DNA of 64,000 nt from Candidatus Riflebacteria bacterium HGW-Riflebacteria-1 (lineage in GTDB: Bacteria > Muiribacteriota > Ozemobacteria > Ozemobacterales > Ozemobacteraceae): the NCBI GenBank assembly GCA_002839445.1, contig PGYB01000006.1, positions 64,001 to 128,000 of the forward strand, written 5' to 3'. Position numbers and translations under genes: made by a program. Below are positions 26,646 through 36,782 of this stretch, one piece after another. Under the pieces are notes generated by a model, which searched no databases, was not told the origin of the DNA, and saw only the letters and a program-made list of their open reading frames with translations. Position 1 is the first letter of the stretch. Each line of letters opens with the position of its first letter.

Positions 26646-27470
26646 TTACTTGCGCACAACCTCTTTGCGGGCGGCCACCATGGCCTTAAGGCGATCCGGG
26701 TCCAGCGGGTTTTCCCAGAAACCATCATATTTAAGGCTTGAGCCGATGATCCAGCCGTCGGCGCGTGCGTAATCAGCAGCGTTCTCAGCGGTAATGCCCG
26801 AGCCAATCATGATTGGAATACGGCCAGCTGTGCGCGCGCGCTTTAAATCGTCTTTAGCTGCTGCCTTGCCGGTTGCGCTGCCGGTTATGATTACACCATC
26901 AATCCCGAAAAAGTCAGCGCCATGTACCCAGTCCTCAAGCGTCAGATCAGCAGTCACCGCGTGCGCCGAATGCTTTTTCTGAATGTCGGTCCAGATTCTG
27001 ATGCGGCCGGCGCCAAGTCTGGCCCGTTCACGCAGCAATTCACCAGCACAGGCTTCGATCCAGCCCTCGTCCGCAACATGACCAAAGACACAGCCCTCAG
27101 CTCTGATAAATTCGCAGCCAGAAATGTGCGCGACCGCAAGCGCTTCAATGTTAGCGCCGGCAAGAATCTGAATGCCAACCGGGAAATGCGTGCCAACGCT
27201 GCGTTTTACATCACAGGCGACGCGGGTCATCGCGGCAACGATCTCCGGTCCAACCGCACCCTTGAGGTAAGGCCTATCGTGCATGTTTTCGAGAATAATG
27301 CCATCAAAACCAGCGCTCTGCAGCATGCTTGCTTCGGCCACGGCAGTCGCGCTGATTTTTTCCATAGAATCTGTATTAAAAGGCGTTCCTGGCAACGCTT
27401 TCACATGTACCATTCCAAAAAGAGCCGGCATCGGCATGCGGGTGGTGACATCAAGAAGGGGCTTCATCAA
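26646..27470 (-). CDS. BtpA/SgcQ-family (beta/alpha-barrel) protein
   Basis: DGIILENMHDRPY...GIQILAGAN...IMIGSGIT pattern typical of the BtpA family. Confidence 0.7.
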   Translation of the reverse strand: MMKPLLDVTTRMPMPALFGMVHVKALPGTPFNTDSMEKISATAVAEASMLQSAGFDGIILENMHDRPYLKGAVGPEIVAAMTRVACDVKRSVGTHFPVGIQILAGANIEALAVAHISGCEFIRAEGCVFGHVADEGWIEACAGELLRERARLGAGRIRIWTDIQKKHSAHAVTADLTLEDWVHGADFFGIDGVIITGSATGKAAAKDDLKRARTAGRIPIMIGSGITAENAADYARADGWIIGSSLKYDGFWENPLDPDRLKAMVAARKEVVRK

Positions 27471-27477
27471 GATCTCC

Positions 27478-28455
27478 TTAGCTGAACGCGAATATCAGAA
27501 TGTTTCCGACAATCAATATGAATACATACCAGAAACGGCAGATTTTATCGAGATATATTGCCATATCAAAGCGGCGGCGCTTGGCGTAATTGTTGTTAAC
27601 CACGGTCTGCACCAGCGCGAGAAAAATGACGACGTAAAAGAGCATGAAAATTTTGTCTGACATCAGCAGATAGCCTACAGAAGGCAGCGCGTCAGCCTGG
27701 GAATTGTGCAGCGCGATTGCCGAGAGAAGTGCGGTGATGCAGATACCGCACTGCGCCTCGAACTCGCTGGCGTTTATGTAGAATACCACGTAAGCCATGC
27801 CAGCGATGATGAACAGCGGCAAAATGAACTTGATCAGATGCGGCAGAAACAGTCGTTTCAGGTTGACTCTGAATGTGAGGCGCGAATAACTCGAAGTTTT
27901 TTTTGAGCCAAGCCCAAAGTCGGTCTTGTAGTGGTGAGCGTCAATGTCGCACGCCGCGCCGTTGCGTTGCCAGTCTGGCACCAGCATTTCCGGCTCGAGC
28001 CAGAGGTTGTAGTCTGCCGAACTTTCCGTGTCAGGGGTGAATAGTATCTTTTCAACGGTGTTTTCAGCATCTTCGATCACTATAGGAAGACTTTGCCGGT
28101 CAAATGGATATGACTGCAACCTGAAATGGCCGCGAAACCTTCCTTTAATGCGTTGCGACCACTGTTTTTTGCCCGACGCACTCGTGGCACTGGCAATTGG
28201 CGTGGCGCTCTCGATGTTGCCATTCATGAATTCGATGTTTTCTGGCACCCAGCTGCTTTCGGGAGGCGCCTTATACCAGATGTAAAAATCAGCGAAGAAT
28301 TCGCTCTCTTTAACATCGAGATGCGCGATGTCGAGAATATACAAGCCAATTTCGATCTTGGTGGGTTGCGTCTCAGTCGCGTAAACAGACGGCAAGACCA
28401 GCAGTGTCATGAATAAAACGGCAAACAGAGTAATCTTCAGCTTGTGAATTAGCAT
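27478..28455 (-). CDS. Prokaryotic pentameric ligand-gated ion channel (pLGIC, GLIC/ELIC-like) homologue
   Basis: Signal peptide, then about 200 aa of beta-rich extracellular domain with SYPFDRQSLPIVIED (the FPFD loop motif, no cysteines). This is followed by four hydrophobic helices M1-M4 and a post-M2 ALPSVGYL motif (compare GLIC SLPKVSYV). Confidence 0.75.
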   Translation of the reverse strand: MLIHKLKITLFAVLFMTLLVLPSVYATETQPTKIEIGLYILDIAHLDVKESEFFADFYIWYKAPPESSWVPENIEFMNGNIESATPIASATSASGKKQWSQRIKGRFRGHFRLQSYPFDRQSLPIVIEDAENTVEKILFTPDTESSADYNLWLEPEMLVPDWQRNGAACDIDAHHYKTDFGLGSKKTSSYSRLTFRVNLKRLFLPHLIKFILPLFIIAGMAYVVFYINASEFEAQCGICITALLSAIALHNSQADALPSVGYLLMSDKIFMLFYVVIFLALVQTVVNNNYAKRRRFDMAIYLDKICRFWYVFILIVGNILIFAFS

Positions 28456-28759
28456 GCTTTAAATCTAGCAAAAAATCCAACATTTTTAAACAAAATCATT
28501 CTGGGACAGCACCCTTTGGGAAAAGCGCACTGGCGAAGTTTGCACATCGCAATCGCATCAAACCGTCATCCTGCACGCAGTCGCAGGATCCAGAATGACA
28601 GAGAGAAGTCAGCAGAATGACGAATAGAAGGCATTAGAATGCTCAAACAAGGATTCGTCATCACTGCGCCCAGTCACAAAACATCTATTATACTTTTCAT
28701 AAAAGATTCGTTCACAGCAAAAGACTAGACACAGAGTTGCCGTTGCAATTGCCAGCAGC

Positions 28760-28831
28760 AGCGATTACGATTGCGATTACGCGCACGAAAAAGTAAACCC
28801 CAGAACAATGCAGAAGGTATTTACGAACGAA
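28760..28831 (+). repeat. Dispersed intergenic repeat, copy B (CGATTA hexamer tract plus conserved 17-mer AGGTATTTACGAACGAA)
   Basis: cagcgattacgattgcgattacgcgcacgaaaaagtaaa...caatgcagaaggtatttacgaacgaa. It is about 75% identical to copy C at 49989..50068 in the same orientation and abuts the esterase stop codon. Confidence 0.6.
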
Positions 28832-28832
28832 G

Positions 28833-29516
28833 CTACTGGCTTAGGGCTTCGAGAACCCAGGTGAGCGCTTCTTCGCGAATTTCTTCGGGCGCGGTGCGAT
28901 GGCCGCCCTCGAACTCATACCACTTTATCTGCCAGTCGAGGCTTTTCAAAAACTTGCGGTCCTCTTGCATCAGCTTGTAATTAAAGTCGGTCGGACTGGT
29001 TAAAAAGGCACAGACCTTGCCGCGCGGGTAAGTGTCTTTGTGCTTGAGACTGTTTTCATGAATATACCCGACGCTGGTGATTACCGCCGCAACTGTATCT
29101 GGATGAAAAAAAGAAAACAGATGCGAAGCCATGCCGCCGCCAGAAGTTCCCACCGCTATGATGCGGTCAGGCCTGATCGAGTATTGCACTGCGACGCGTT
29201 CGTGAATGAGGTTGCGCAGGCGATTGAGGTAGTTCGGTATATCCATGCCGTTCTTGATAATTTTTGACGCCAGAATAATGCATTTATGGTTGTCGGCGTG
29301 CCCGCGCCAGGTAGCGACAGTGTCTTTGGCATTGGCCGAAGGCGAAAAGCCGACGATCAGCGGATACCTTTCTCCAGCCGCAAGACCTTCGGGAACATAA
29401 ATCAGGTATTCATTTTCTTCAAAAGTGCCGCTGGTAACCGTTTCGTCAGCGCTGCAGATACCAGGCAGATAAGTCAGCAGAAAAACAACAGCTAACAGAA
29501 TATTGCAGATTCGCAT
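28833..29516 (-). CDS. Secreted alpha/beta-hydrolase (esterase/depolymerase-like)
   Basis: GTSGGG nucleophile elbow (GxSxG). Signal peptide starts at MRICNILLAVVFLL. GAGGT RBS lies before ATG 29516. Confidence 0.65.
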   Translation of the reverse strand: MRICNILLAVVFLLTYLPGICSADETVTSGTFEENEYLIYVPEGLAAGERYPLIVGFSPSANAKDTVATWRGHADNHKCIILASKIIKNGMDIPNYLNRLRNLIHERVAVQYSIRPDRIIAVGTSGGGMASHLFSFFHPDTVAAVITSVGYIHENSLKHKDTYPRGKVCAFLTSPTDFNYKLMQEDRKFLKSLDWQIKWYEFEGGHRTAPEEIREEALTWVLEALSQ

Positions 29517-29553
29517 ATTTACCTCTAACTGACTACGCCCAATAACGATGTTG

Positions 29554-29796
29554 TCAGTGCATAAGATACAAGGCACCCAGAAGCAGAGCAAGCACAATAA
29601 AGCTAACCAGCAGCAGTGAAAGCGCACCCAGCTTTTCGAGCAGGAACTCAGAATACGTCTGTCCATCGTCAGGAGAGAGCTTGAAGATAACTTTTATCGT
29701 GTCAATAATTACCGAGAAATTGGCGCCAAGAGCTCCGGCCATCGAGTCTTCAGCCTCATGACGTGAGCCCCCGGGATTTTTACGTCTAAGAAACAT
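29554..29796 (-). CDS. Small protein with a C-terminal TM helix, hypothetical
   Basis: 80-codon ORF with C-terminal LGALSLLLVSFIVLALLLGALYL. Confidence 0.35.
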   Translation of the reverse strand: MFLRRKNPGGSRHEAEDSMAGALGANFSVIIDTIKVIFKLSPDDGQTYSEFLLEKLGALSLLLVSFIVLALLLGALYLMH

Positions 29797-29863
29797 CCTT
29801 GTCTCCTGGAATTATTATACAGGTAAGCCTTTGTTACACTTCTACCGCCGGGCTCTCGGCAGT

Positions 29864-30931
29864 CTAGTTTTTGTCCTGGGTGTTGTGGTATGGGCAGGCG
29901 ACAAAGTGACCGGGTTCGATTTCGAGCATCGGTGGCGACTCTACCGCGCAATCATTGCGCGCGATCGGGCATCTGGTTCTGAATCCGCAGCCAGATGGCT
30001 TTTTCATCGGGCTTGGTACATCGCCCTGCAGAACGATACGCTTTTCCTTTTTGATGTTGGGGTCCGGGTGCGGGATCGCCGACATGAGCGCGCGCGTGTA
30101 CGGGTGGCGCGGGCTTTTGAAAAGCACTTCGGCGTCTGCCAGTTCAACGATATTGCCGAGATACATTACCGCGATACGGTCTGAAATATGCTCAACCACT
30201 GCCAGATCGTGCGCAATAAAGATGTAGGTCAGGCCGAATTCTTCCTGCAGATCCTGCATCAGGTTGATTACCTGCGCTTGAATCGACACGTCGAGAGCTG
30301 ATACCGGCTCGTCAGCAATGACAAGTCGAGGATTGGTGGCCAGTGCGCGAGCGATACCTATGCGCTGGCGCTGCCCACCCGAGAATTCATGCGGGTAACG
30401 TGTTGCCTGCTCAGCCGACAGGCCGACTTTTTCCATGAGCCAGCCAACCTTGTCGAGCATTTGCGCCTTGCTCATTTCAGGCATGTGTATGCCCAGGGGT
30501 TCCATGATGATGTCGCTGACTGTCATGCGTGGATTCAGTGACGCGTAAGGGTCCTGAAAGATCATCTGAATTTCAGAGCGATAAGGCCGCATCTGGTCAT
30601 TGTTCAATTTCGCGAGATCGACCGGAGGCAGCGCTGCGCCTTCCTGCCTGGCGTTAGCGCCAGCTTTTTTCACTGATTTATTAGTATGAAAAATGATCTG
30701 CCCGGCAGTTGGCTGATTCAGATTTACTATGCATTTGCCGGTAGTAGACTTACCGCAGCCTGATTCACCAACCAGGCCGAGGGTCTCGCCTTCGCGCAGG
30801 TCAAATGTCACGCCGTCTATCGCTTTGACATCGGCGACCTTGCTGCGAAAGACCCCGCCAAATACCGGAAAGTACATTTTGAGATTGTTAACTTCGAGAA
30901 GCGTTTTGCCACTTTTTTTATTTTCGGTCAT
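29864..30931 (-). CDS. Peptide ABC transporter ATP-binding protein (OppF/DppF-like)
   Basis: Walker [18 protein letters not shown] signature and C-terminal oligopeptide-transporter extension. Confidence 0.85.
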   Translation of the reverse strand: MTENKKSGKTLLEVNNLKMYFPVFGGVFRSKVADVKAIDGVTFDLREGETLGLVGESGCGKSTTGKCIVNLNQPTAGQIIFHTNKSVKKAGANARQEGAALPPVDLAKLNNDQMRPYRSEIQMIFQDPYASLNPRMTVSDIIMEPLGIHMPEMSKAQMLDKVGWLMEKVGLSAEQATRYPHEFSGGQRQRIGIARALATNPRLVIADEPVSALDVSIQAQVINLMQDLQEEFGLTYIFIAHDLAVVEHISDRIAVMYLGNIVELADAEVLFKSPRHPYTRALMSAIPHPDPNIKKEKRIVLQGDVPSPMKKPSGCGFRTRCPIARNDCAVESPPMLEIEPGHFVACPYHNTQDKN

Positions 30932-30935
30932 TGTT

Positions 30936-31943
30936 TTACTCCCTGTCAGCCCTGTTCATCTCTTTGGCCAGATGGCATCTGACAAAGTGTCCGGGTGCGG
31001 TTTCAATCATCGCTGGCGGCGTGTTTTCGCACATTGCAAGCTTCTGGCTGCATCTGGTGCAGAAACTGCAGCCTTTTGGCAGATTGAACAGCGAAGGCAC
31101 AATCCCGTCGATAGTGCTGAGTCGTCGCACCTTCAGACCGGGTTTGGGCAATGATGCGAGAAGACCCTGTGTATACGGGTGCTGCGGCGAATTAAAAATG
31201 GTCTTTACATCGGCGATCTCTTGAATTTTGCCGCAATACATGACAACGACGCGATGACAGGTTTCGGCAATTACTGCCATATCATGCGTGATCAGCAGAA
31301 TCGCGGCGTTCGAAGTCTTTGCCTTGACGTCGAGCATCAGTTCCAGAATCTGCGCCTGAATGGTCACGTCGAGCGCGGTAGTCGGCTCATCGGCGATCAG
31401 CAGCGCCGGGTCGCACGACAGCGCCATGGCGATCATCACGCGCTGCCGCATTCCACCCGAGAACTGGTGTGGGTATTCGTCGAGGCGCTCACGCGCCGAA
31501 GGTATGCCAACGAGCTCAAGCATCTTTACCGCCTGTTCGCGCGCTTCTTTCTGCGTCATGTTGCGGTGATGAATCAGCGATTCGGCAACCTGTTCGCCGA
31601 TGGTGAACACAGGATTCAGGCTGGTCATCGGCTCCTGAAAGATCATCGATATCTTGTTGCCGCGAATCTTTCTGATCAGGTCGTAGTCCTTGCGGCGATA
31701 GGCGTCGAGCAGATCAACACCCTCGAAGATGATGTTGCCATCGACAATATCACCGGGCGGATTCGGGATCAGCTGCATAATTGAAAGCGAGGTAACTGAT
31801 TTGCCAGATCCCGATTCACCGACAATGCCGAGAACTTCGCCGGGCATGACATCGAAATCGACACCATCAACGGCTTTGGCTACGCCGGCTTCGGTGCGGA
31901 AGTAGGTTTTGAGGTTTTTAACTTGTAAAAGTGGGGTGGCCAT
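30936..31943 (-). CDS. Peptide ABC transporter ATP-binding protein (OppD/DppD-like)
   Basis: [17 protein letters not shown], Walker [13 protein letters not shown]. Confidence 0.85.
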   Translation of the reverse strand: MATPLLQVKNLKTYFRTEAGVAKAVDGVDFDVMPGEVLGIVGESGSGKSVTSLSIMQLIPNPPGDIVDGNIIFEGVDLLDAYRRKDYDLIRKIRGNKISMIFQEPMTSLNPVFTIGEQVAESLIHHRNMTQKEAREQAVKMLELVGIPSARERLDEYPHQFSGGMRQRVMIAMALSCDPALLIADEPTTALDVTIQAQILELMLDVKAKTSNAAILLITHDMAVIAETCHRVVVMYCGKIQEIADVKTIFNSPQHPYTQGLLASLPKPGLKVRRLSTIDGIVPSLFNLPKGCSFCTRCSQKLAMCENTPPAMIETAPGHFVRCHLAKEMNRADRE

Positions 31944-31958
31944 GTGTTGTCTCCTGCT

Positions 31959-33473
31959 TTATCTGAGCCGCGAATACTGCTTCGGGTCGAAGGCTTCTCT
32001 GATCGCTTCACCAATAAACGATACGAGCAGCAGTGTCAGGAACATGGCGAGCATCGGCGAGAGAATCAGCCAGGGCTTGGTCAGGTTGCCAAGCCCCTGC
32101 CCGAGCAGTTCGCCCCACGACGGGGTCGGTGCCGGCAGGCCGAAACCGAGAAAGTCGAGTGAGACCAGTGCGCCGATATCGGCTACCACCGCGAATGGCG
32201 CGAATGAAATAACCGGAGTCAGCGAGTTGGGCAGAATATGCCGGAAAATAATCGCCCCGTCGGTACAGCCGATCGCGCGGGCCGCTGAGACGTAATCACG
32301 CGACTTCTCGCGCAAAAATTCGGCGCGAATGTAATAGGTCATGCCCATCCATTTGAAAATGACCAGTATCATCACCAGCATCCAGAAGTTCGGAATCATT
32401 ATCGCGGCGAAGATCATGACCGTGTAAAGAAACGGCATTGCCGACCAGATTTCGACGAAGCGCTGCATGATGATATCGAACTTGCCACCATAGAAGCCAA
32501 GCAGCGCACCAATGGTAATGCCGATCAGGTAACAGAAGAAAGTAACCAGCAGCGCGAATGACAGCGAGGTTCTGAAGCCATAGACCATGCGCGCGAAAAC
32601 ATCGCGGCCGCGGTCGTCAGTGCCGAGAATATGCTGAAAAGTGCCGGGTTGCCTGACTTCAGGCTTAAGTTCGAGCAGGCCGGCGTGTGCCATCTGCAGA
32701 TAGAGCTGTGCTGGCTCAAGATCTACCCATTCCGGACGCTTGAATTTGCTGGTGATTTCTTCGGGCGTAGGCAAAGTTTCAGGCAGAGTGTAAAGCGACT
32801 CTTCGACATAAGCTTTGCGCCACTCACCGGTCAACCAGGTTGGCGGGTGCGGCGGCCGTGTCGGCAATTCGTCTAACAGCGATTCAAGCGGGCTGTATGG
32901 ATAAAGCGTCAGCCATACCCAGTCATCGCCCCATTGCGCGTATTGACGGTCTTCGTCATTTGCCGTGCCGGTTTTGACGCGTTCGGCCCGCTCATTGTTG
33001 CGAACCTTGAGCAAGTCTTTGAGCATGCGGTAATTCGGCATGCCGTAACCGCGCATGCCAAAGGTGCGGGCGCTGATGAACTTGAACAGCGTGAAATGAT
33101 ATTCACCCTTGTATTTAACCATGATCGCGTTGCCATTTATCAGAAACTCCGCGAACAATGATACGACAAACAGGGCAATGATGAGAATAAACGCGTAATA
33201 ACCGCGCTTGAGAGTTTTGAATTTACCCCAGCGCCGCTTAAAAATCGGGCTGGTAATGAACATTCTGAACGAATCAGCGCCAGCTACCAGCAAGGGCAGA
33301 ATATAGACAATAAAGCCCGCTGCCAGGACCAGCGAAATGACAGCTTCGGTTGTGTAAGACGGCTCAATCGCCTTTTCGCCAATTTCTGGCATCAGCCAGT
33401 AAAAAAGCGGCCAGGCAATAAATAGAACCAGCGTTTTGATAATAGTTTCGTATTTTTTCCAGGTTTCTATCAT
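31959..33473 (-). CDS. Peptide ABC transporter permease (OppC/YejE-like, long N-terminal extension)
   Basis: ILGTDDRGRDVFARMVYGFR permease signature and multiple TM helices. Confidence 0.8.
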   Translation of the reverse strand: MIETWKKYETIIKTLVLFIAWPLFYWLMPEIGEKAIEPSYTTEAVISLVLAAGFIVYILPLLVAGADSFRMFITSPIFKRRWGKFKTLKRGYYAFILIIALFVVSLFAEFLINGNAIMVKYKGEYHFTLFKFISARTFGMRGYGMPNYRMLKDLLKVRNNERAERVKTGTANDEDRQYAQWGDDWVWLTLYPYSPLESLLDELPTRPPHPPTWLTGEWRKAYVEESLYTLPETLPTPEEITSKFKRPEWVDLEPAQLYLQMAHAGLLELKPEVRQPGTFQHILGTDDRGRDVFARMVYGFRTSLSFALLVTFFCYLIGITIGALLGFYGGKFDIIMQRFVEIWSAMPFLYTVMIFAAIMIPNFWMLVMILVIFKWMGMTYYIRAEFLREKSRDYVSAARAIGCTDGAIIFRHILPNSLTPVISFAPFAVVADIGALVSLDFLGFGLPAPTPSWGELLGQGLGNLTKPWLILSPMLAMFLTLLLVSFIGEAIREAFDPKQYSRLR

Positions 33474-34687
33474 GAGAATCTTATCCTCGGATCAATTAAG
33501 CAGTAAAGGAAGTCTGAAACGATGTTGCCGAAAAGCTTGAGCATCGAACCGATCACGAGAATGCCCAGAGTTACCGGGTAATCGCGTGCGATGAGTGAAT
33601 CATAGCCTAGCAGGCCGAACCCGTTGATGTTGAAAACTTTCTCGATGAGATAAGAGCCGGCCAGAATGATCGAAAGCATGTGGCCAAGACCAGTCGCGAT
33701 AGGAATCAGCGAGTTGCGCAAGGCGTGCTTGAAAATGACTACGCGTTCCGAAAGTCCCTTGGCAAAGGCTGTGCGCACGTAATCCTGCCCAAGGTTTTCC
33801 ATCAGTGAGTTTTTCATCAGCACCGTGCTTGAAGCGAACATACCAAGTACATAACAGAAAACCGGTAGAATCATGTGCCACATCGTATCGAGCGTGCGCC
33901 CGATAATGTTCAGATCCGAGTGACTGCCCTTCTTCAGATTGAAGCGCTTATCAGCCGGAACATGCTTGAATGCAGGGTGACTAGAGTTTATCGTCTGATT
34001 TTTTTCAAGTTTGGGAAATTCCTTGCTGATCGCTTCGGGCAGATCTGCTACCAGTGCGCCTTTCTGCAAAAACATTGCCAGTTTTGAGCCTTCCAGTATA
34101 GTCCCACTCTCTTTGCCACCTGAAGGAACAATGTCGAGAAATGCGTTTCCGCCAAGAAGCATCAGCAGCAGCACGCCTGCAGTCCAGCCCGGTATAGAGT
34201 AGGCAATGAAAACCAGAACAGAGCTGCCGGTGTCAAAGGCTGAGCCGTGTTTCACCGCTTTCCAGACACCAAGCGGAATGCAGATCAGATATGAAAGTAA
34301 GAAGCCGCTAAGGCCAAAAATAATCGAAATAGGAAACTTCTCCTTGATCAGATCCCATACTGGCCGCGAGTATGTGTCAGAAGTGCCGAGATCAAAATGC
34401 AGCACCCGCCAGAGCCAGTGCCCGTAGGCTATGTAAAAGGGCTTGTCAAAGCCATAAATGGCCTTGAGGCTTTCCATCATTTCATCAGAAATCTGTCCTT
34501 GTTCCATCTCAGTGTTTGAGGTGCCACCACCACCCTCGCCGCCCATGGCCATTGCCTGCTGGTAGCGCAGAACCGCCTGCTCAACCGGACCACCCGGAAC
34601 AAAGCGGGTGACTGTGAAGCAGAGGAAGGTGATACCGATAAAAGTCGGTATCATCAAAAGAAACCTGCGGATAAAGTAGCTGTACAT
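33470..34687 (-). CDS. Peptide ABC transporter permease (OppB/YejB-like)
   Basis: MYSYFIRRFLLMIPTFIGITFL start typical of OppB-type permeases. It has a large periplasmic insertion. Start and stop overlap the neighbouring genes. Confidence 0.8.
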   Translation of the reverse strand: MYSYFIRRFLLMIPTFIGITFLCFTVTRFVPGGPVEQAVLRYQQAMAMGGEGGGGTSNTEMEQGQISDEMMESLKAIYGFDKPFYIAYGHWLWRVLHFDLGTSDTYSRPVWDLIKEKFPISIIFGLSGFLLSYLICIPLGVWKAVKHGSAFDTGSSVLVFIAYSIPGWTAGVLLLMLLGGNAFLDIVPSGGKESGTILEGSKLAMFLQKGALVADLPEAISKEFPKLEKNQTINSSHPAFKHVPADKRFNLKKGSHSDLNIIGRTLDTMWHMILPVFCYVLGMFASSTVLMKNSLMENLGQDYVRTAFAKGLSERVVIFKHALRNSLIPIATGLGHMLSIILAGSYLIEKVFNINGFGLLGYDSLIARDYPVTLGILVIGSMLKLFGNIVSDFLYCLIDPRIRFS

Positions 34688-34692
34688 GGTTA

Positions 34693-36714
34693 TTATTCTC
34701 CTGCAGACGGCGGGTAATGTTCATCCCACCAGCGTATTTCCTGGGGTCCCGGGTCGAGCCTGGTCTTTTTTTTGCGCGCATCCTGAAGTATGCGGTCTTT
34801 CTCTTCGTCATACCACCACAACGACGCTATTGATCGCTGATCGCCGGTTTTGTCGAGAAACTGCGGAGGCATGCTGAACTTGTTCCAGTAAAGAATGCGC
34901 GTGCTGGCCAGAAACCAGCCGAGCGCGTAGAGATGCTCGCGGGTGACGATGCCGTCAATTTCACGCACAGCCTTCATGCGCTCTTTAGGGTCAAACATCG
35001 TCGGGTATTGTTCGCAGATCTCATCGACACGGGCGTTCTTAAAGCCCCAGATGTTATTGTTGTTTTTTTTGTCAGCAAACTTCGAGTGCACCGAGCTTTC
35101 GGGGTTAGGGAAAAGAAGGCCGCCGTAGGCTCTTGAACTCAGCTCAAACGTGCGTTCGCCAACTTCTTTGATATCGGTGGCCCAGGTAACCTGCTTAAGA
35201 TTGAGTTTGATGCCAATGTCGCGCAGGTCTTCCTGAAAAATGGTGAGAATGCGCTCTGAGCTCTTCTGAACATAGTTGATAGAAAGTTCAAAGCGTTTGC
35301 CATCCTTGACCAGCCACCCGTCAGAGTCGCGATCCTTCTGCAGCCAGCCGGCTGCTTCGAGCAGCTCAACCGCCTTATCAGGGTCATACCTGGTTTTGGG
35401 ATTATCAGGATTCGCGTAGGGCGAGTTCGGGTAGAACGAGTCGAGATACTCATACTCGTTGAAAAACAGCTTATCCATCATCTTTTCGCGGTTATAAAGA
35501 TGCGCGAAGGCCTGGCGCACACGGATGTCATTAAATGGCGGCTTGCGCATGTTGAAGGCTATGCCGGAAGTCCCGATCGGGCGATGCGTGAAAACCTTGC
35601 GTTTCTGAATGTAGCCGTAGGCAAGCTCGGCCAGCATGGCCGGAATGAACTCCTGATGCCACTCGCGCGCCACGTTAATGGCGATCCAGTCGAGTTCGCC
35701 CTTCTTGAAGCGCAGTTTAACCAGATTTTCGTCTGAAATGAAGATAAAGTGCAGGCGGTCGAAGTTGTAGTAGCCGGTGTTTTTTTCAGCGTCTTTCTGC
35801 CACCAGTCCTGACGGCGGTTGAGAATAATCTCTTCGTTGACTTTCGAACTCTCGAAAGTATAGGGGCCTGATCCTGGCATGAGCTTATTCTGATACTCGC
35901 TCAAATAGCCCTTGCCATCGAGTTTTTCGATTATGTGACCGGGAAGAATGGTCATAAAGCCGATCGACATGAAGGCACGCCAGTTGAGCAGCTTTGATTT
36001 GATCATTACCACGCTCTGCGACAGTGCAACCGGTTTTTCGTATTTGTTCCAGTAGTCTATCGAGAAGGGGTCTTCGATGCCGGGGTCAGTGTAAAGTTCC
36101 CAGCTGCGAACGACATCTTCGGCAACTACCGGTTGGCCATCAGACCAGCGCGCGTTTTCATCGATCTCGAAAAAGAAACAGACCTTGTCGTCGGCCATAG
36201 CCCAGCGCCTGGCCAGGTTTGGCACATAATCAAAGGTTACCGGGTCGAGATCGAGCAGACTTTCGTAACACAAACCGGTCAACATGCTGTTAAAAGTCGA
36301 ATTGGCATTCTTGCCGACAGTTCTTAAAGACGGAGGGTAAGAGGTTTCAGCGTATTTGAGGGTGCCGCCTTTCTTTGCCTCACGACTGCCGAAACCCTTG
36401 AATTCGCTGTTGGTTTGCCAGTTCAGAGAAACAAGCATGGTTATGACTTCAGGGCTGACATTGTCATAAATTTTGTCGCGCAGTCCTGCTGCAGCCAGAA
36501 GCGCCTGGCTGACTTCTGCCGACGGGATATTCTCGGGCAGCAACGAATGGATAACACCTTCGGGTTCGACTGCCGGCGTGGTGGTCGCGACTTCTTCTGT
36601 CTGCGCCTGCAGCGTGCATGTAAACGAAAGCAGCATTAAAAATAGTGCAAAAATCAGATGTCTGGTTTTCAAGAAAGCACTCCTTCCGTGTCGACGGTCC
36701 TTGTATGTTTTCAT
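34693..36714 (-). CDS. ABC transporter substrate-binding protein, family 5 (OppA/YejA-like)
   Basis: About 670 aa with an N-terminal signal peptide. It sits at the head of the permease and ATPase operon. Confidence 0.75.
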   Translation of the reverse strand: MKTYKDRRHGRSAFLKTRHLIFALFLMLLSFTCTLQAQTEEVATTTPAVEPEGVIHSLLPENIPSAEVSQALLAAAGLRDKIYDNVSPEVITMLVSLNWQTNSEFKGFGSREAKKGGTLKYAETSYPPSLRTVGKNANSTFNSMLTGLCYESLLDLDPVTFDYVPNLARRWAMADDKVCFFFEIDENARWSDGQPVVAEDVVRSWELYTDPGIEDPFSIDYWNKYEKPVALSQSVVMIKSKLLNWRAFMSIGFMTILPGHIIEKLDGKGYLSEYQNKLMPGSGPYTFESSKVNEEIILNRRQDWWQKDAEKNTGYYNFDRLHFIFISDENLVKLRFKKGELDWIAINVAREWHQEFIPAMLAELAYGYIQKRKVFTHRPIGTSGIAFNMRKPPFNDIRVRQAFAHLYNREKMMDKLFFNEYEYLDSFYPNSPYANPDNPKTRYDPDKAVELLEAAGWLQKDRDSDGWLVKDGKRFELSINYVQKSSERILTIFQEDLRDIGIKLNLKQVTWATDIKEVGERTFELSSRAYGGLLFPNPESSVHSKFADKKNNNNIWGFKNARVDEICEQYPTMFDPKERMKAVREIDGIVTREHLYALGWFLASTRILYWNKFSMPPQFLDKTGDQRSIASLWWYDEEKDRILQDARKKKTRLDPGPQEIRWWDEHYPPSAGE

Positions 36715-36782
36715 TTGGCCGTACTTTCGGTTCTGTGTGTATAACTTACAGGCTGTAACACCATGTTGGCAAGCGCAAAATT

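Noticed and set aside
26922-27485. Plus-strand ORFs 26794..26982, 26922..27485 and minus 26954..27196 over the BtpA gene
   Set aside because: They are antisense or off-frame to the BtpA-family gene, which has clear family motifs.
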